Assembly: GCF_009914755.1 (NCBI RefSeq)
Contig: NC_060936.1
Strand: one strand, 5' to 3'
Source of the DNA: the human T2T-CHM13v2.0 reference genome, Homo sapiens
Length of the DNA stretch: 64,000 nt
The notes beneath the pieces were generated by a model, which was not told where the DNA came from, searched no databases, and worked only from the letters and a program-made list of their open reading frames with translations. The first letter of the stretch is position 1. Each line of letters starts with the position of its first letter. Positions 14,162 to 28,992 of the stretch are shown piece by piece. A program made the position numbers and the translations under genes.

Positions 14162-14702
14162 AGTTGGGGCTCAGGACACATCATCCCAAAATATGACCAT
14201 AAGAAACATATGCCACCTCAAAATATACTACTCTGGCATACTTTAAGCGGAGAACTGCAGACACGAGAGGAGTACCCCTGAAAAGCTGTTAACACTGAAA
14301 ATTTGTGTGATAATAAATTTATATCCATGAAGGAAATCTACATTAGTAAAAATATCTATATCTAAAGGAGGGCTGCTCTGAGAGACCTTTTATTTATTAT
14401 TATGCATAATAGGACAACCTTTATTCATTATACATTTCCTCTTCTCATCTTTCCATAACTTCTGTGGTCCTCATCCTTCCTCCCCATTAGCAGCTTCAAG
14501 TTCCTATTACTTTCTATAGCTCAGTATGCTAGATAAGCTTCAATCATCTGACCCTTCTTCAAGTCTTACATTTTGTGGAACTCCCATATGCTATGTAGGT
14601 AATTTAAATGGTTTTTCTCTTGTTAATCTGCCTTATGTTAATTTAACTTTTTGCCCAAACAATCCAGAAGTGTGGAGGGAAGCCACTTTTTCCTCCCGTA
14701 CA
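14162..14702 (+). mobile_element. MER34-like ERV1 solo LTR
   Basis: Starts 'gttggggctcaggacacatcatcccaaaatatgacc' and ends 'ttttcctcccgtaca'. Confidence 0.7.
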
Positions 14703-15454
14703 GGAGAGTACACATCTGAATTTTAGAACAGTATGAATTTCATGCAACTTCATTCTTTTAAATAAAGTTAATTCTCCAAATGCAAAATCATCTGTGATTT
14801 AAATTTTATGCTTTCCTAACTCATTTTATGTATGTTAATTTACATATTATGCACAAAAAAATAAAAAAAAACTCCTATCACGTGTCTTCATTTTTGTTCC
14901 AGAACTGTGGGCACGTTATGTATGCCAGCAAAAGGGAATTCAAGTAACCAGATTAGAAAGGTAATTAAGAATGCAGTTAAGCAAGATACTCAGTCCCCAG
15001 TCCTATGCTGGAGTAAGGTATGGTAGAGAGAGAGAAGAGAGGTGGGCAATAATTGTAAGTTCAGTATCAGAAATAGTGGGTTTTGGAGAGGAAGGAGTTT
15101 TCGAATGTCTGATAGGAAGCAGCCATTTATCAGCTTATTTGACCCTAGACATGTCAATTAAACTCTTTAGGTTTCAGTTCTTTTTCCTTGTGGATGAAAG
15201 GACTAAACCCCATTAGAAATACTTTCCTGCTCTATGATACTTTGATTCTTACTTTCTCCGTAATGGTGGGAAAACAAGAAAGAATAATCTGAGAAAAAAA
15301 GGATAGGAAAAAGATAACAATTATTAAAGATAGAGAGATGCAAAAAAGAGACATGATTGCTGGTTATGAAAGGAAAAATATTTTAAAAAGTAAGAATTTA
15401 GGTCTTCATTCATCCCCCTCTGAGTTTCTTGAACAAATATTTATACAGTGCTAG

Positions 15455-15670
15455 TCAATACTTACGTAGCACTGACTACATGCCGTTTTAAGGGCTTTAT
15501 AAATATTAACTCATTCAACAAGAATATAAGTTTTACTATTATTCCTATTTCATTGCTGAGGAAATAGGCACAGAGAGTTTAAGTAACTTAATCCAGGTCA
15601 CATAGCTGGTAAGGGCCAGAGCTGGATTTCAAACCCAGGCAGTCTGGATCCAGAGTTCATGCTCTTGTAA
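15455..15670 (-). mobile_element. MIR
   Basis: Antisense MIR core 'gaggaaataggcacagagagtttaagtaactt'. Confidence 0.75.
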
Positions 15671-16479
15671 TGCTGATTTTACTGTTAGAATTTGCCATAC
15701 ATTTTCCTCAGTGAAAACCCCCACATCAAAGACAAAAACTTATTGAACTGTAACAAGTATAATAAATCACTCCAGACATATTTAGGCTAACACATACCCT
15801 ATTTGTTTCTGTGTAATTACACTTTCTCAAGAGCCTGCCACAATTGGTATCACTGTTTTCTTATGAACTCTTCAAGCAAGACTAATGCAAAAGGGAGAGG
15901 ATTGTTCTTTGTTCAGCTGCAAACCAGGTGGCACAAAGCACAGAGAAGAAAGCCAGGCTCCAGAGAACGTGTGAAGGCAACCAACTCTCAGAGACACTTG
16001 CATAATTAGTCAGAAAGCATTTTCCTTCAAATGACTGCAATTTTTAAAAGCGCTATCCCATTTTTCTCCCATCACCCTAATTAAAAAAAGACAACAAAAA
16101 ACATACAAAAAAACCTTCCCCAAAGCAAGACTACTAAAATAAAATGGTCTGGCTGTGAGCAAACATTTGAAGCTTAAGTGTTATGTTGACCTTGTACTGC
16201 AGGAGGCAGCATCTCATTAATAAAACAATGACCATGTGTTTTTGTTGTTGTCCTTGAGGTTCTTTTTATGTTTGTTTCAGTATTGTGAATAGGACTGTGA
16301 TTGTCTCATTCTCTAATATGCTTGATTTCTATTCAGAAAGTAAACAACTGAAAGGTTTTGTAAAGGGGTTAGAACCAGTGATTGTTGCTGATTTACTTCT
16401 GTGAAATTGAGTCCCTTTCCTTTTCTATTGTTTGTCTACTGTTAAATTTAATTTCTTGTGCTCACAATTAAAGTTTAAA

Positions 16480-16640
16480 ATATTAGAGTCGGAGGAAGCT
16501 AGGAGATCATTTCTCTTGATTTAATTCTCTGATTTTACAGATATGGAAACAAGATCAGAGTGGTTAAATGGCTTGTCCAAGACAGCTAGTGGCATAGCCA
16601 GGACTGGCTTTTCCACTGCAGGTTCTGTGCTCATACCAAG
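16480..16640 (-). mobile_element. MIR remnant
   Basis: 'ttttacagatatggaaac...ggttaaatggcttgtccaag'. Confidence 0.65.
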
Positions 16641-17295
16641 CTTCATTGTTTGATCAGTCTGGAGTTGAGCCTCTGTAACACCCTCTTTTCTTTTTCCCAA
16701 CCAAACACATCCTTCTTCCACCTCATATCCCTTTATTTTCTTTCATCCAATCCAATTTATTTTAGTAGGAGATTAACAATGAGTACCTGTGAAGTTAATG
16801 TTGATGTCTAGAGGGTAATTCAAACTTGCTGAACTTCAAGCAATGAAATGTCTTGGGAGCCATCCATCAGAGGTGCTTTGAGGCTATGCTTGCAGAGAGA
16901 GAAGTCCCGACTGCTGGAAGCTAGGGCTTCCTTTATTCCAGGGTATTGCAGTGATGTCAGTGTGTGTTAGAACTTAGCATTGTGCCTCTGGTCCTGCTGC
17001 ACTGACTCTCCCCTCCCCCCATCATCTTTTTATATTTTATTTAAATATGCATGAATTTCTATTAAAGTCTCTCTTCTTTCTTAAGAATTAAAATTGGTAT
17101 CTCAGGATAGAATCTGTACTCTCCCACTCCCTAGAACCCCAAAGCGTTCCTGGATTTTCCTGTATTTGCTTCTTTCCAAAAAAAAAAAAAATCTTGCATT
17201 TTGCCCATCAAATTTCATTTACAACACCCCGGTCCATAGTAATATTTCCTTCCTTTACCCTAGAACATCTGTATTGATAGCTCTTGTCTTACTAT

Positions 17296-17677
17296 TGTTA
17301 AAAGAAAAACTTTCATCAAATTAAATTTATCAGAGCTTAATTGAGCAAAGAATAATTCCTGAACCCACAACCCTCAAAACGAGAACAGGTTCGGAGAGCT
17401 CCAGCCCACAGTGTGGTCAGGCAGCATTAATAAACAGAGGAGGAAGTAAGATGCAGAGATAGCTCTCCTGGTTACAACTCGGTGTTTGCCTTATTTGAAC
17501 AAGATCTGATCAGTTGTCCACCTGCAATTAAGTGAAGCTCAGCTGTTGTCACTGGCTGAGACTCAGGTATTGTTACAGGAGTACTCCTAAATTAGGTCTT
17601 CTGTTAGTTTATGTGCTAAGTGAGGCTGCAGTTTGTTATGAAAGGACTCACATCCTCAGGCCAAATTTAGTTTAACA
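17296..17677 (-). mobile_element. MER57-group ERV1 solo LTR
   Basis: tgttaaa...tttaaca termini, 4-bp TSD ctat/ctac; minus strand begins tgttaaactaaatttggcctgagg. Confidence 0.75.
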
Positions 17678-18569
17678 CTACTTAATGTTCAAAGTCTGGC
17701 CTCTCCAGCTAGATGATAACCTATCCCAGGTTATTTTCACATCCATTTTGCTGTGGAAGATAGGCATGTATCTAGGGGATTAGCTAACTCAAGGCCCAGC
17801 CCCTCTCCTAATCCTTGCCACCACAATAAAAAGGATTTTGTGGCTAATTTGATTTATCAAATTTCAGGATGCTGATTAGGCCACATTTGCCAAAGGGTTG
17901 ATACTCGTTTAAAGGTTACCTATGGATATGACCCTTTCTTCTCTCTTTCTTCCAAGTGGCTGGCAGGCAGGCTGATCCATAGGGCAGTCTGGCCACCCAC
18001 CTTACTCTCCTCATTTAAAAAATCTGGGGTAGCTGCCTGATCATAAAATTTAGATTTGGGGCTAGGTAGAAGGAAAAATCACTCTTTAATTCTTGAATCC
18101 AATTAACATAGAGCTCCACGTTGGGGTTTCAGGCTGTGCCAATATCAATAAAGTGTTGTTTGATTTTGCCTTTGCTCCTTTATGTCTCCATGAGATCCTT
18201 AAGGAGAGATAGTATGCCTGATACTAATATAGGATTTGGGTATTTCTACACAGTTTTTTTAAGTGAGCACATTAAAGATTTACCTTTTTAATTAGCCCTA
18301 AGTGTGATAAATCTGGTTCAAAGGAGTATACTAGAGAACAAGTGTAGTCACTGAAAGAATAAATATTGAATGAAAGATTGCTAAGTTAGGTACAATCTAG
18401 TCAATGTCCTCTAGAGCAAGTAAATATAATATTGGGAGTTATCTTTTTTTTTTTTTACCTGACAGGAGTCATTTGGATTTACTATATAACATCTCTACTA
18501 ATCTCTAGGAGACAAAATTTATTTTCATTGTTATTTGTCAAGAATCATTTGCATCATTATAAGTTTTCT

Positions 18570-19400
18570 TAAAAAAATTATTTTAAGTTCCAGGATACAA
18601 GTGCAGAACGTACAGGTTTGTAACATAGGTAAACATGTGCCATGATGGTTTGTTGTACCTGTCAACCCATCGCCTAGGGACTTCTCCCTAACTCATTTTA
18701 TGAGGCCAGCATCATCCTGATACTAAAACCTGGCAGAGAAACAACAAAAAAACTTCACATCAATATCCCTGATGAACACTGATGCAAAAATCCTCAATAA
18801 AATACTGGCAAATCAAATCCAGCAGCACATCAAAAAGCGTATCCACCAGGATCAAGTTGGCTTCATTCCAGGGATGAAAGCCTGGTTCAACACAGGCAAA
18901 TCAGTAAACATAATTCGTCACATAAACAGAACTAAGGACAAAAACCACATGATTATCTCAATAGACACAGAAAAGGCCTTCGATAAAATTCAACATCCCT
19001 TCATGTTAAAAACTGTCAGTAAACTGGGTTTTGATGGAACACACCTCAAAATAATAAGAGCTTTTATGACAAACCCATAGTCAATATCATAATGAATGGG
19101 CAAAAGCTGGAAGCGTTCCCTTTGAAAACCGGCACAAGACAAGGATGCCCTCTTTCACCACTCCTATTCAACATAGTATTGAAAGTTCTGGCCAGGGCAA
19201 TCAGGCAAGAGAAAGAAATAAAGAGTATTCAAATACGAAGAGAGGAAGTCAAAACTGTCTCTGTTTGCAGATGACATGATCCTATATCTAGAAAACCCCA
19301 TTGTCTCAGCCCAAAAGCTTCTTCAGCTGATAAGCAACTTCAGCAAAGTCTCAGGATACAAAATCAATGTGCAAAAATCACAAGCATTCATATACATGAA
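18570..19400 (-). mobile_element. 5'-inverted (twin-primed) L1PA: ~100-nt 3' end on minus strand fused to an inverted ORF2 RT segment
   Basis: 18570-18678 is an antisense L1PA 3' tip; 18676-19400 is sense ORF2 ([31 protein letters not shown]) with frameshifts; TSD cattataagtttt(t)ct at 18555 and 19401. Confidence 0.92.
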
Positions 19401-20067
19401 CATTATAAGTTTTTCTACAAGTCAACATCTACCCTCATTGAGTGGTAAAATACCCTAATCAATAGTAAATTGTAAATCAAACAGAGGCAAATAATTTAGA
19501 GAATTGAATAATCTTTGAATGTGTGTGCTACACGTGTGTGTGCATGACTTGAAAGAAAATGTAGTCATCCTTTTGCCTTTTTCCAAATTTTGGATATTTT
19601 TTTCCTTAGCAGTCCCACATTATAATCATAAATAATCTCTAAAAATAATTCTTGATCTCCAAAAAAAAAAAAAAACCTGGTCTTTGGCCCGGTTCATTTA
19701 CAAAGATATAACAAGAGTATAAACTAATATACTTAGTTTATGTCACCTTATAGTATGGTCAGCAAATACAGAGATTAGAGTGCTAAGCAACTACCAAGAC
19801 CAGAAAATTCTGCAGATTTCTTAAGAAACCAAGATTGTATTTTGAATAGGCTCTCTACAGAAGTTTAGAAACATTGTATTAACAAAATTTTAAGCATATG
19901 CAGAAGTAAAGTTGATCCTGTAATAAATACCCCTGTACTTGTTTCCCAGCTTCAATAATTATCAACCCTTGGCTCATCTTATTTTTTCTATAGTTGCCCT
20001 CTCAACACTAAATTAATTTAAAATTTTCTTATATCTTTATTGAAGTATAATAAAATACATAGGTTTA

Positions 20068-20182
20068 TTTTAAGCCTTGGTATAAATGTGCATAATGTGC
20101 AGGTTTGTTACATAGGTAAACATGTGCCACGGTGGTTAGCTACACCTATCAACCCATCACCCAGGTATTAAGTCCAGCGTGC
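20068..20182 (-). mobile_element. Very short L1PA 3' fragment (~115 nt)
   Basis: 'gtgcaggtttgttacataggtaaacatgtgcc'; TSD ataaaatacataggttta / ataaaatgcatatgttta. Confidence 0.85.
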
Positions 20183-20759
20183 ATAAAATGCATATGTTTA
20201 AAATGTGTAATTTGATCAAGTGACATTGGCAATGTCAATTTCATTGACGTGTGTATATACCCATGAAATCATCTCTAAAATCCAGATACAAAACATTTAC
20301 AGCACAGCCAAAAGTTTTCTCTTCCTCTTTGTAATCTGTCTCTCATCTGTCTTCAGGCAACTACTGACCTACTTCCTGTCTCTGCAGATTGCATTTTCTA
20401 GAATGTTATATAAATTCAATTATGTAGTATGTACTCTTCTTCTTTGCTTGGCTTCTCTCACTAAGCATAATAATTTTGATATTCATCCTTGTTGTATGTC
20501 TCGATAGTTTAGTATTACATGATACGGATGTATCACAATCTGTTTATCCATTCATCTGTTGATGGCCATTTGGGTTGTTTCCAGTTTTTAACTGTTAAAA
20601 ATACAGCTGTTATGAGCATTCATGTACAAATTTTTATGTTTGGGTTCTCTTGTGTAAATACCTAGCAGTAGAATAGCTAAGTTGTATGACAGGTAACTGT
20701 TTAACTCTTTATGAAATGTCAAATTGTTTTCCAAAGTGGCCATGCTGTTCCACAAAATC

Positions 20760-21141
20760 TGATATGGTTTGAATTTCTGTCCCCACCCAAATCTCATGTT
20801 GAACTGTAATCCTCTATACACAGGATTGGAGGAGGGGTCTGGTGAGAGGGGATTGGGTCATGGGGGCAGATCTCCCCCTTGCTGTTCTCATCACAGTGAG
20901 TTCTCATGAGATCTGCTTGTTTAAAAATGTGCAGCACCTCTCTCGTCTTTATCTTCCTCTTTCTCCGGCCATGTAAGATGTGCCTGCTTCCCCTATGCCT
21001 TCTGCCATGATTGTAAATTTCCTGATGCCTCCTCAGTCATGCTTTCTGTACAGCCTGAGGAATTGTGAGTCAACCTCTTTTCTTCATAAATTACCCAGTC
21101 TCAGGTAGTTCTTTATAGCAATGTGAGAACAGACTAATACA
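20760..21141 (+). mobile_element. MSTA-like MaLR solo LTR
   Basis: tgatatggtttg ... agactaataca termini. Confidence 0.9.
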
Positions 21142-21231
21142 AATCCAAAGCAGTGAGTGAGATTTTCAGTTGCTTCATACCTCACTGAGGCTTGGTAAGA
21201 TTATTTTTATTTTTTAAAATTTAGTCATACT

Positions 21232-21535
<304 letters not shown>

Positions 21536-22064
21536 TCATTCTAATGAATGTGTACTTGTATCTTATTGTAATTTTAATATGTAATCTCTGTAATGATTAG
21601 TGATGTTGAGCATCTTTTCATATACTTTATATTTCATATACTTTATATCTTCTTTTGTGAAGTGTTCACAACTTTTGCCCACTTCTAAAATTGGGTTTTT
21701 GTCTTCTCATTGAGTTGTGAGAGTTCTTTAGATATTCTGAATCAAAGTTTTTTGCTGTACATATGTGTGGCAAAATATTTTGCCCAGGGGTTTGCCTTTT
21801 CATTTTCTTAATGATGTGTTTCAAAGAGCAAAATTTTTAATTTTGATGAAGCCCAATTTATAAAATTTTAAATTATTTGTGGTCTTTGAGTTCTGAGAAA
21901 TTTTTGCTTGCTCTAAAATCTCAGAGGTATTGAAATAATATGTATGTTTTCATTGTTGATTTCCAACTTAATTCTATTGCAATCTGAGAGCATACTCTGT
22001 AGAATTTTGATTTTTAAAAATTTATTGAAACCTGTTTTATGGTTCTGTGCTCTATATTGGTGAA

Positions 22065-22445
22065 TGATATGGTTTGGCTCTGTGTCACCACTCAGATCTC
22101 AAACTGTAATTCCCAGAGTTGGTGGAGGGACTTGGTGGGAGGCGATTGGATAATGGGGGTGGATTTCCCCCTTGCTGTTCTCATGATAGTGAGTGAGTTC
22201 TCATAAGATCTGGTTGTTTAAAAGGGTGTGTGGCACTTCCCCTTTTGCTTGCTCTCTTCTGTTCTGTTATGGTGAGATGTGCCTGCTTCCCCTTTGCCTT
22301 CCGCCATGATGGTAAGTTTCCTGAGGCCTCCCCAGCCATGCTTCCTATACAGCCTGTGGAACTGTGAGCCAATCAAACCTCTTCTCTTTATAAATTACCC
22401 AGTCTCAGGTAGTTCTTTATAGCAGTGTGGGAACAAACTAATACA
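22065..22445 (+). mobile_element. MSTA-like MaLR solo LTR
   Basis: tgatatggtttgg ... actaataca; perfect 5-bp TSD gtgaa. Confidence 0.92.
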
Positions 22446-23110
22446 GTGAATATATCATCTACATGTACACTTGAAAATCATGTGAATTCTGCAGTTGCTG
22501 ATTTTGTTAATTATGTCACGGTGGTCCATGGTATTTTTCAGATTATGTTTTTACTGAGATTGTATCTGGCTGTTTCCTCAATCGCTGTGCATGAGATGGT
22601 AACATCTCCAACTTTGATTGTAGAATTGCATAATCCTCCCTTTAATTTTGCCAATTTCTGCCCTCATATCTTATATATTTCAAATCTCTGGTAGTAGATT
22701 CATACATGTTTATGATTTTATGTCTTCCTTTATTATTTTTATTAACTCTGGTAATACTATTTGCCTTGAAGTCTAACTTATCTGATATTAATACGGGCAC
22801 TTCAACCTTCTTATTCTGACTTTTTGCTTCGTATATATATTTTTAATCGATTTTATTTCAACTTATGTCTTTATATATAAATTGTGTTTCTCTTGGGTAG
22901 CATATATTTGTTCTTGCTTTTTTAATCCATTCTGAAAACCTCTGCCTTCTATTTGGATTGCATAGTTAATATTTAATCAGATTACTGATATGATTGGATT
23001 TATGTCTACCATAGCATTTTTTTCTTCTGTTTGCTCCTGTGCTTTTTATTCCACTATTGTTCTTCTCCTACCTTTTAAAAAAATTATTCGAATATTTCTA
23101 AAGCTCTGTA

Positions 23111-23569
23111 TGCTACATTTTGGATGTGGTTTGTTTGGCCCCTCCAAGTCTCATGTTGCAATTTGATCCCCAGTGTTGGAGGTGGGGCCTGATGGGAGGT
23201 GTTTGAGTCATGAGGGCAGGTCACTTATTAATGGCTTGGTGCCATCCTCTTGATAATAAATTCTTACTCTATTAGTTTCTATAAGAGTTCCTTCTAGAGC
23301 TGGTTATTAAAAGTGAGCTTAGCACCTTTCCCCTCTCTCTTGCTTCTTTTCTCTCGCCATATGATCACTATACAGGCTAGCTCCCCTTGGCCTTCTGCCA
23401 TGAGTGGATGCATGCTGGGGACCTCCCTGGAAGTTAGGCAGATGCCAGCACCATGCTTCTTGTACAGCCTGCAGAAATGTGAGCTGAATATAAACCACCT
23501 TTTTTTTTTTTTTTTACAGATTGCCCAGCCTCACATATTCCTTCATAGCAACACAAAGGGACTGAGACA
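23111..23569 (+). mobile_element. Older MST-type MaLR solo LTR
   Basis: tgctacattttggatgtggtttg ... ggactgagaca. Confidence 0.8.
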
Positions 23570-26500
23570 ATATATAAGGTATTTTGTGGCTTTTAAGCTA
23601 TACCTCTTTGTATTATTTATGTTTAGTGATTTTCCTAGTGATTTTATTGTATGTCCTTAACTTTTGCAGTCTATTTAGAATAAATATTTTATTGCTTTTT
23701 GTAAGATGTAGAACCCTGCAACTACACAGCTTCACTTGCCTTCCTCTCCAGGCTGCTATTTTTATGCCATAAGTGTCACGTGTATCACATCACATACATC
23801 TAAATCCCATAAGACAATGTTATAACTTTTGCTTTAAAGTCATATGCATTATTTATAAATTAAGAAGAAAAAGTAGTCTTTTATATTTACTGCCAATGCT
23901 TACTAATTCTTATGCTCTTCATTACTTCCTGAAGATCCAGGATTTTTCTTTTTCTGTGAGGGGTTTTCTGGTTAGAAAAAAAAAAGAAAGAAAAAAGAAC
24001 AATTGGAATACCTGACAGACAAATTCTAAAAGAGCTGTAACACTTATATAGGGCTTTATATGATATCATTTCTCTCTCTAGGCTGAAGAAATTCCCTTAG
24101 TCATAGAATAGACCAATTTCTTAGGAGGGCTTTGTAGAAACTGGTACAACAAACAAATCACAGCATTTATTTAAAAATGGTAGGTTTATCACACGAGAAT
24201 AATGACATATATTTTCATATATAAAACTCCAGAAAATTCAACAAATTTGGTTGTGCAATTGTTCTGTCAAATTATATCCTTGTAAAATGGAGGACAGACT
24301 CTTACTAATGCTCTGCGCAAAAACTACACTAACCATTAAAAGAAAAGAGACTATATTTGTTTATGAGTTCCGAGGGGTTAGTGAGAATAACATATCACCT
24401 AAACATGTGTTAATATCTTTAAATGAAGGGATAGCAGTAGATCAAGATGAAAGAGACAGTGCTTATCTCATAAAACTTAAAACTATACTTAAATTTTTCC
24501 AAACAAATAATCACAATCAGTTGCTCTCATCAGCTCAAATCTGGTTTTCTGCTGCTTCTTGAATATACATAAGTCTGTTACTTGAAGTATCAGTGAGTAG
24601 AAGCACTTGGTATAATCCTTTCCATCAAGGTCCTGAGAACTTCCTTCTTTGTAGAAAATCCAATTCATAGAACTTTTAGGAGAGACAAAGAAAAGAAAAA
24701 TAAACTACCCATTGATGAGAGGACAGCCCAGGTCTCAAAAGGCTGTTTTATCTTGCAAAAGTGAGACAAACAAAAGACCAAAACAAACCCAATCACAAAC
24801 AAGTAAAATACCATTAAAAAGATGATCTATCATTCCTTACTTGTCAGAGAATAAATCTTGATCTTTACATGACAGAGATTACAGAATGGGCAGACAAGAA
24901 AATTGTATTCCTCTTCACTGCTGTCACCAACTGGGAAAGCAAACCAGAATCAGAACCAAAGATGCACAAGGACTGGGAAAGGAAACAAAGCCAGAGTCAG
25001 AAAAACAAAGCAAACAGAAAAATAGAGCCTAAGAAGGGAAATTTTGATAACCACTGGAATCACTCAGGGAATCAAGAAAAGACATGCCTGGTTCTAACAG
25101 CCAGTGATGAACATTTCTCAGGTGACACAACTTAATTTGTCCAGCTCATATGTCTTCTTGGTGGAATTTCCAAAACTTGGTGGAATGCACTTCTTGTTGG
25201 AATTTTCAAAAACTGTCAAAATATAATTTTCAAATATTAAAACGACATTATTGCAAATATAAAATGAGCACATTAAAGATATATTTAACTCAGTGAAGGA
25301 ATCAGCAGGATGGGAAATTTGGTTTCCTATAATCTATTTAATAGCAATCTACTTCTTTCACTCTGACATACCACATAGTACCTTACACATAGTTGATATT
25401 TATGTGTAGTCAAGGTTATTAATTTTTGAAAGTTACTGCTCACTTTTGACTACAGAATGTTATACTTCTAACATATTCCATTGTTATCTATGTTTCCAAA
25501 TACTTTTTATTCTTGAGATCTTCAGATTTTTTAAAATTAATGTCCTTGCATTTTCCAAGTCACTTTTTTGAAATTATTGACTTTCTGTTGATTTTACATT
25601 AAAATTCCAATTTTGATTTTCTCCTTAAACTATACAGAAAAATTCAGCTTCATGTCTGGATTGAGAGCATTGTTTTCAAACTTAAAAGTTGAGACTCCTT
25701 TTGCAGGAAGGAAATCTTCATGAACCAACAATGTTAACAAAATATTTATTATGGTATGATTTAAATGTTTACAAAGATAACATTAGGTATAAATTTCTTA
25801 CGCTTATAGCTCCTATACAAATGTAAACCAAAAGTATTTTCAAATTTAATACAAAAAAACCACAGAGCCAATACCAAGGGACTTAAACGACTAATTTTAT
25901 GTGACAGATGATGTCAATTTATTAGAACTGAGTAATTTGTTATGTTGGCCTAAGAAATTAAAGGTTAAATTGTGGAAGATTTAAGAGTTATAATCTCTAG
26001 ATCAATAGTGTCCATTTTTTTTTTATTTTTCATTTTCAATTCATCTTGGTAAGAATTTAAAAGTTGTACACCCCACAGTATGTGTGTATGAGCATATATG
26101 TATGTGTTAATATGCACTACCACATTAATAAATATTGTTCACTGTAAAACATACAGGGAAAACAGAATTGATAAAGGAATAATACAAAATTTAAATAGAG
26201 CTTCTAGTAATGTCTCTTCTGCACTCCATAAATAACCTTGTGCTTTTTCTGAGATGTGTGCCCGCCCTTTAAGGTCTGACTCCGTCATGAAATTTTCATG
26301 ATGAACTGTCTCCATCCAAGTGTACCATCTCACATGTAGATCCTGTTCTCCTCCAGTTCTCCCCTAGGGACTCATTCCAGTGTTAATTTCATAGTGGTCC
26401 TACTTTGCTGCAGCTGCCATGCTTATTATGACAGTTGTTGGATTGGGTGGGAGTGATGTCAAAGAAGCAAGAAAGCATGTACTCTGGGAACATGAGCCTG

Positions 26501-27289
26501 GGCAATGAACTGAGAAGCAAATGTTTATATTTAAAAACTGTTTTCTTTTCCCTTTTACAACTGCATAGAAAGCCAATTAGCAGGTTAAGTCATGAGTGGC
26601 TACAATTAGTAGCATGTGGTTATAGAACCTGTCCAGGTTTCATATGGGCTCTGGAAATTTTTGAAGGTCTTGCAGTTCCCTGGAATCTTCTAACTAGGCA
26701 ACTGCTTTTCAGCCTCTGTGTCATTTGGATAGCAGAGCAACATACTGATCTCAACAAAATGAAATAGTCAAAAACAACTCCCTCAATCCAAGTTCCAGTT
26801 CACAAACATTTCCTTTTTGTATGATAGATTTCCAATCTGTCATTTATACCTCCTTTTCCTGTTAGAATCAGACTGGGCAGGACAACCTTAGATCATCTCA
26901 CAGCAGTTGTTCACTGTTGGACTTGGTTGACTTTTTTCTATTTTATCGTAATGTGCTTCTCACATTGTTTTACCAGTTAGTGACACAAAGTGAAAAATTA
27001 ACAATAATATGTAAAATTTCCCTTTATCTTCATGGAAGAATAAACAAGAAGACTGTGAAATAAGATGTTTAGTTGAATCAATTGCTAGGGAAACATAACA
27101 TCATCTGAAGAGAGTTTTAAATTTCATAATTCCTATTCTTGTATCCATTTTCCCTACTCTCCTCACCAGGCTCTAATAACCCATCAGCATATATTGGTTA
27201 CAGCATGGGAATGTATATTTTGCTAAATTCTCCTAAGGTGATTCCAATAGTCCTCTCCTTAAATCCTGAAGTTTGACCATAAGAGTTTT

Positions 27290-27950
27290 TACATTTTTAT
27301 TTTTAATTAATTAAATTTTTGCTGTATTTTATTTTATTGTGATAAGAACACTTAACATGAGCTTTACCCTCTTCACAGATTTTTAAGTGTAGAAGAAAGT
27401 ATCGTTAACTATGGGCACTATGTGGTATAGCAGATCTCTAGAATTTATTCATCTTGCATAACTGAAACTTTATGTCTGTTTTGATGTTTGATTAACAACT
27501 CTCTGTTTCCCCCTTCCCTAGCCCTTGGCAACGACCATCCTACTCTTTGCTTCTATAAGCTTCACTATTTTAGATACCTCTGATAAATAGGATCCTGCAG
27601 TATTTGTCCTTCTATGACTGGCTTATCTCACGTAGCATGATGTCCTCAAAATACATCTATGTTGTTGCATATTTCAAGATTTCCTTCTTCCTTAATGCTG
27701 AATAATATTCCATTGTATGCATATGCCACGTTTTCTCTATTTTCATCTGTTAATGTGCGTTTAGGTTGTTTCCATGTCTTGGCTATTATAAATAGCAATG
27801 AACATGGGAGTGCAAATATCTCCTTGAGATCTTGATTTCAATTCTTTTGGGTAAATACTCAGAAGTGGGACTGCTGGATAATATAATAGGTAGTTCTATT
27901 TTTAATCTGAGGAACCTTCATAATGCTTTCTGTAGTAGCTGCACCATTCT
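27290..27950 (-). mobile_element. L1MA 3' fragment
   Basis: 'cagatctctagaatttattcatcttgcataactgaaacttt' and downstream L1 3'UTR. Confidence 0.85.
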
Positions 27951-28596
27951 GGAAAGTTTCTATATTGTTTCATTTGTTTGCTTGTGGTGAAAGTGAGAAG
28001 AAAATAATTTTGAAGATTATTTTTCAAGGGAGATTGTGGTGGACTTTTTATTCTTTGCAAAAGAAATAGAAATAATATGACTTGAATAGTTGGGAGATTG
28101 ATATGGCAGAAGACCACAATGAGTTCCTTGCATACTTCTTATTTATGAGTCTAGAAATGTCATTAGTTATTTCTGAATGCGTGTCTGTAAAACAAACACA
28201 AAAGACGCCACAGATATATGATGTCTTGATTATTCTTGAATTATGGTGTAGGATGTCACCATGTCAGGAGAGGGGTGAGGATTGAGGTCAAAATTATTTG
28301 GACTAAAATTGCAAGTGGCATAAATGTTTAAATTTAGGGAAGTGATAAATTAATTAGATTATTACTGGTAACAAACCAAGACCTATGTTCTAGTGTTAGA
28401 GTAGCCCTTGCATTTTGGATGAGTTACTTGTCCTCTCTAGTCTTCTGATTCCTCATCTGTAAAATAAATAGGCTGGACTAAACATAGCTTTCACGTGGTG
28501 TTATAGCAGAATTCTTCTTTGAATGAAATAGGGAAAGGAAACAGAACATGTCAAATAGGAAAAGAAGAGTCTGTTTTGGTTGAAGTAGGTTGCTAG

Positions 28597-28992
<396 letters not shown>

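Noticed and set aside
15915-15935. Possible CTCF site (accaggtggcac)
   Set aside because: It lacks the strongly conserved upstream CC of the core motif.
18772-19458. Reverse-transcriptase ORFs as a novel RT system
   Set aside because: These are ordinary frameshifted L1 ORF2 fragments with no promoter, ORF1 or endonuclease.
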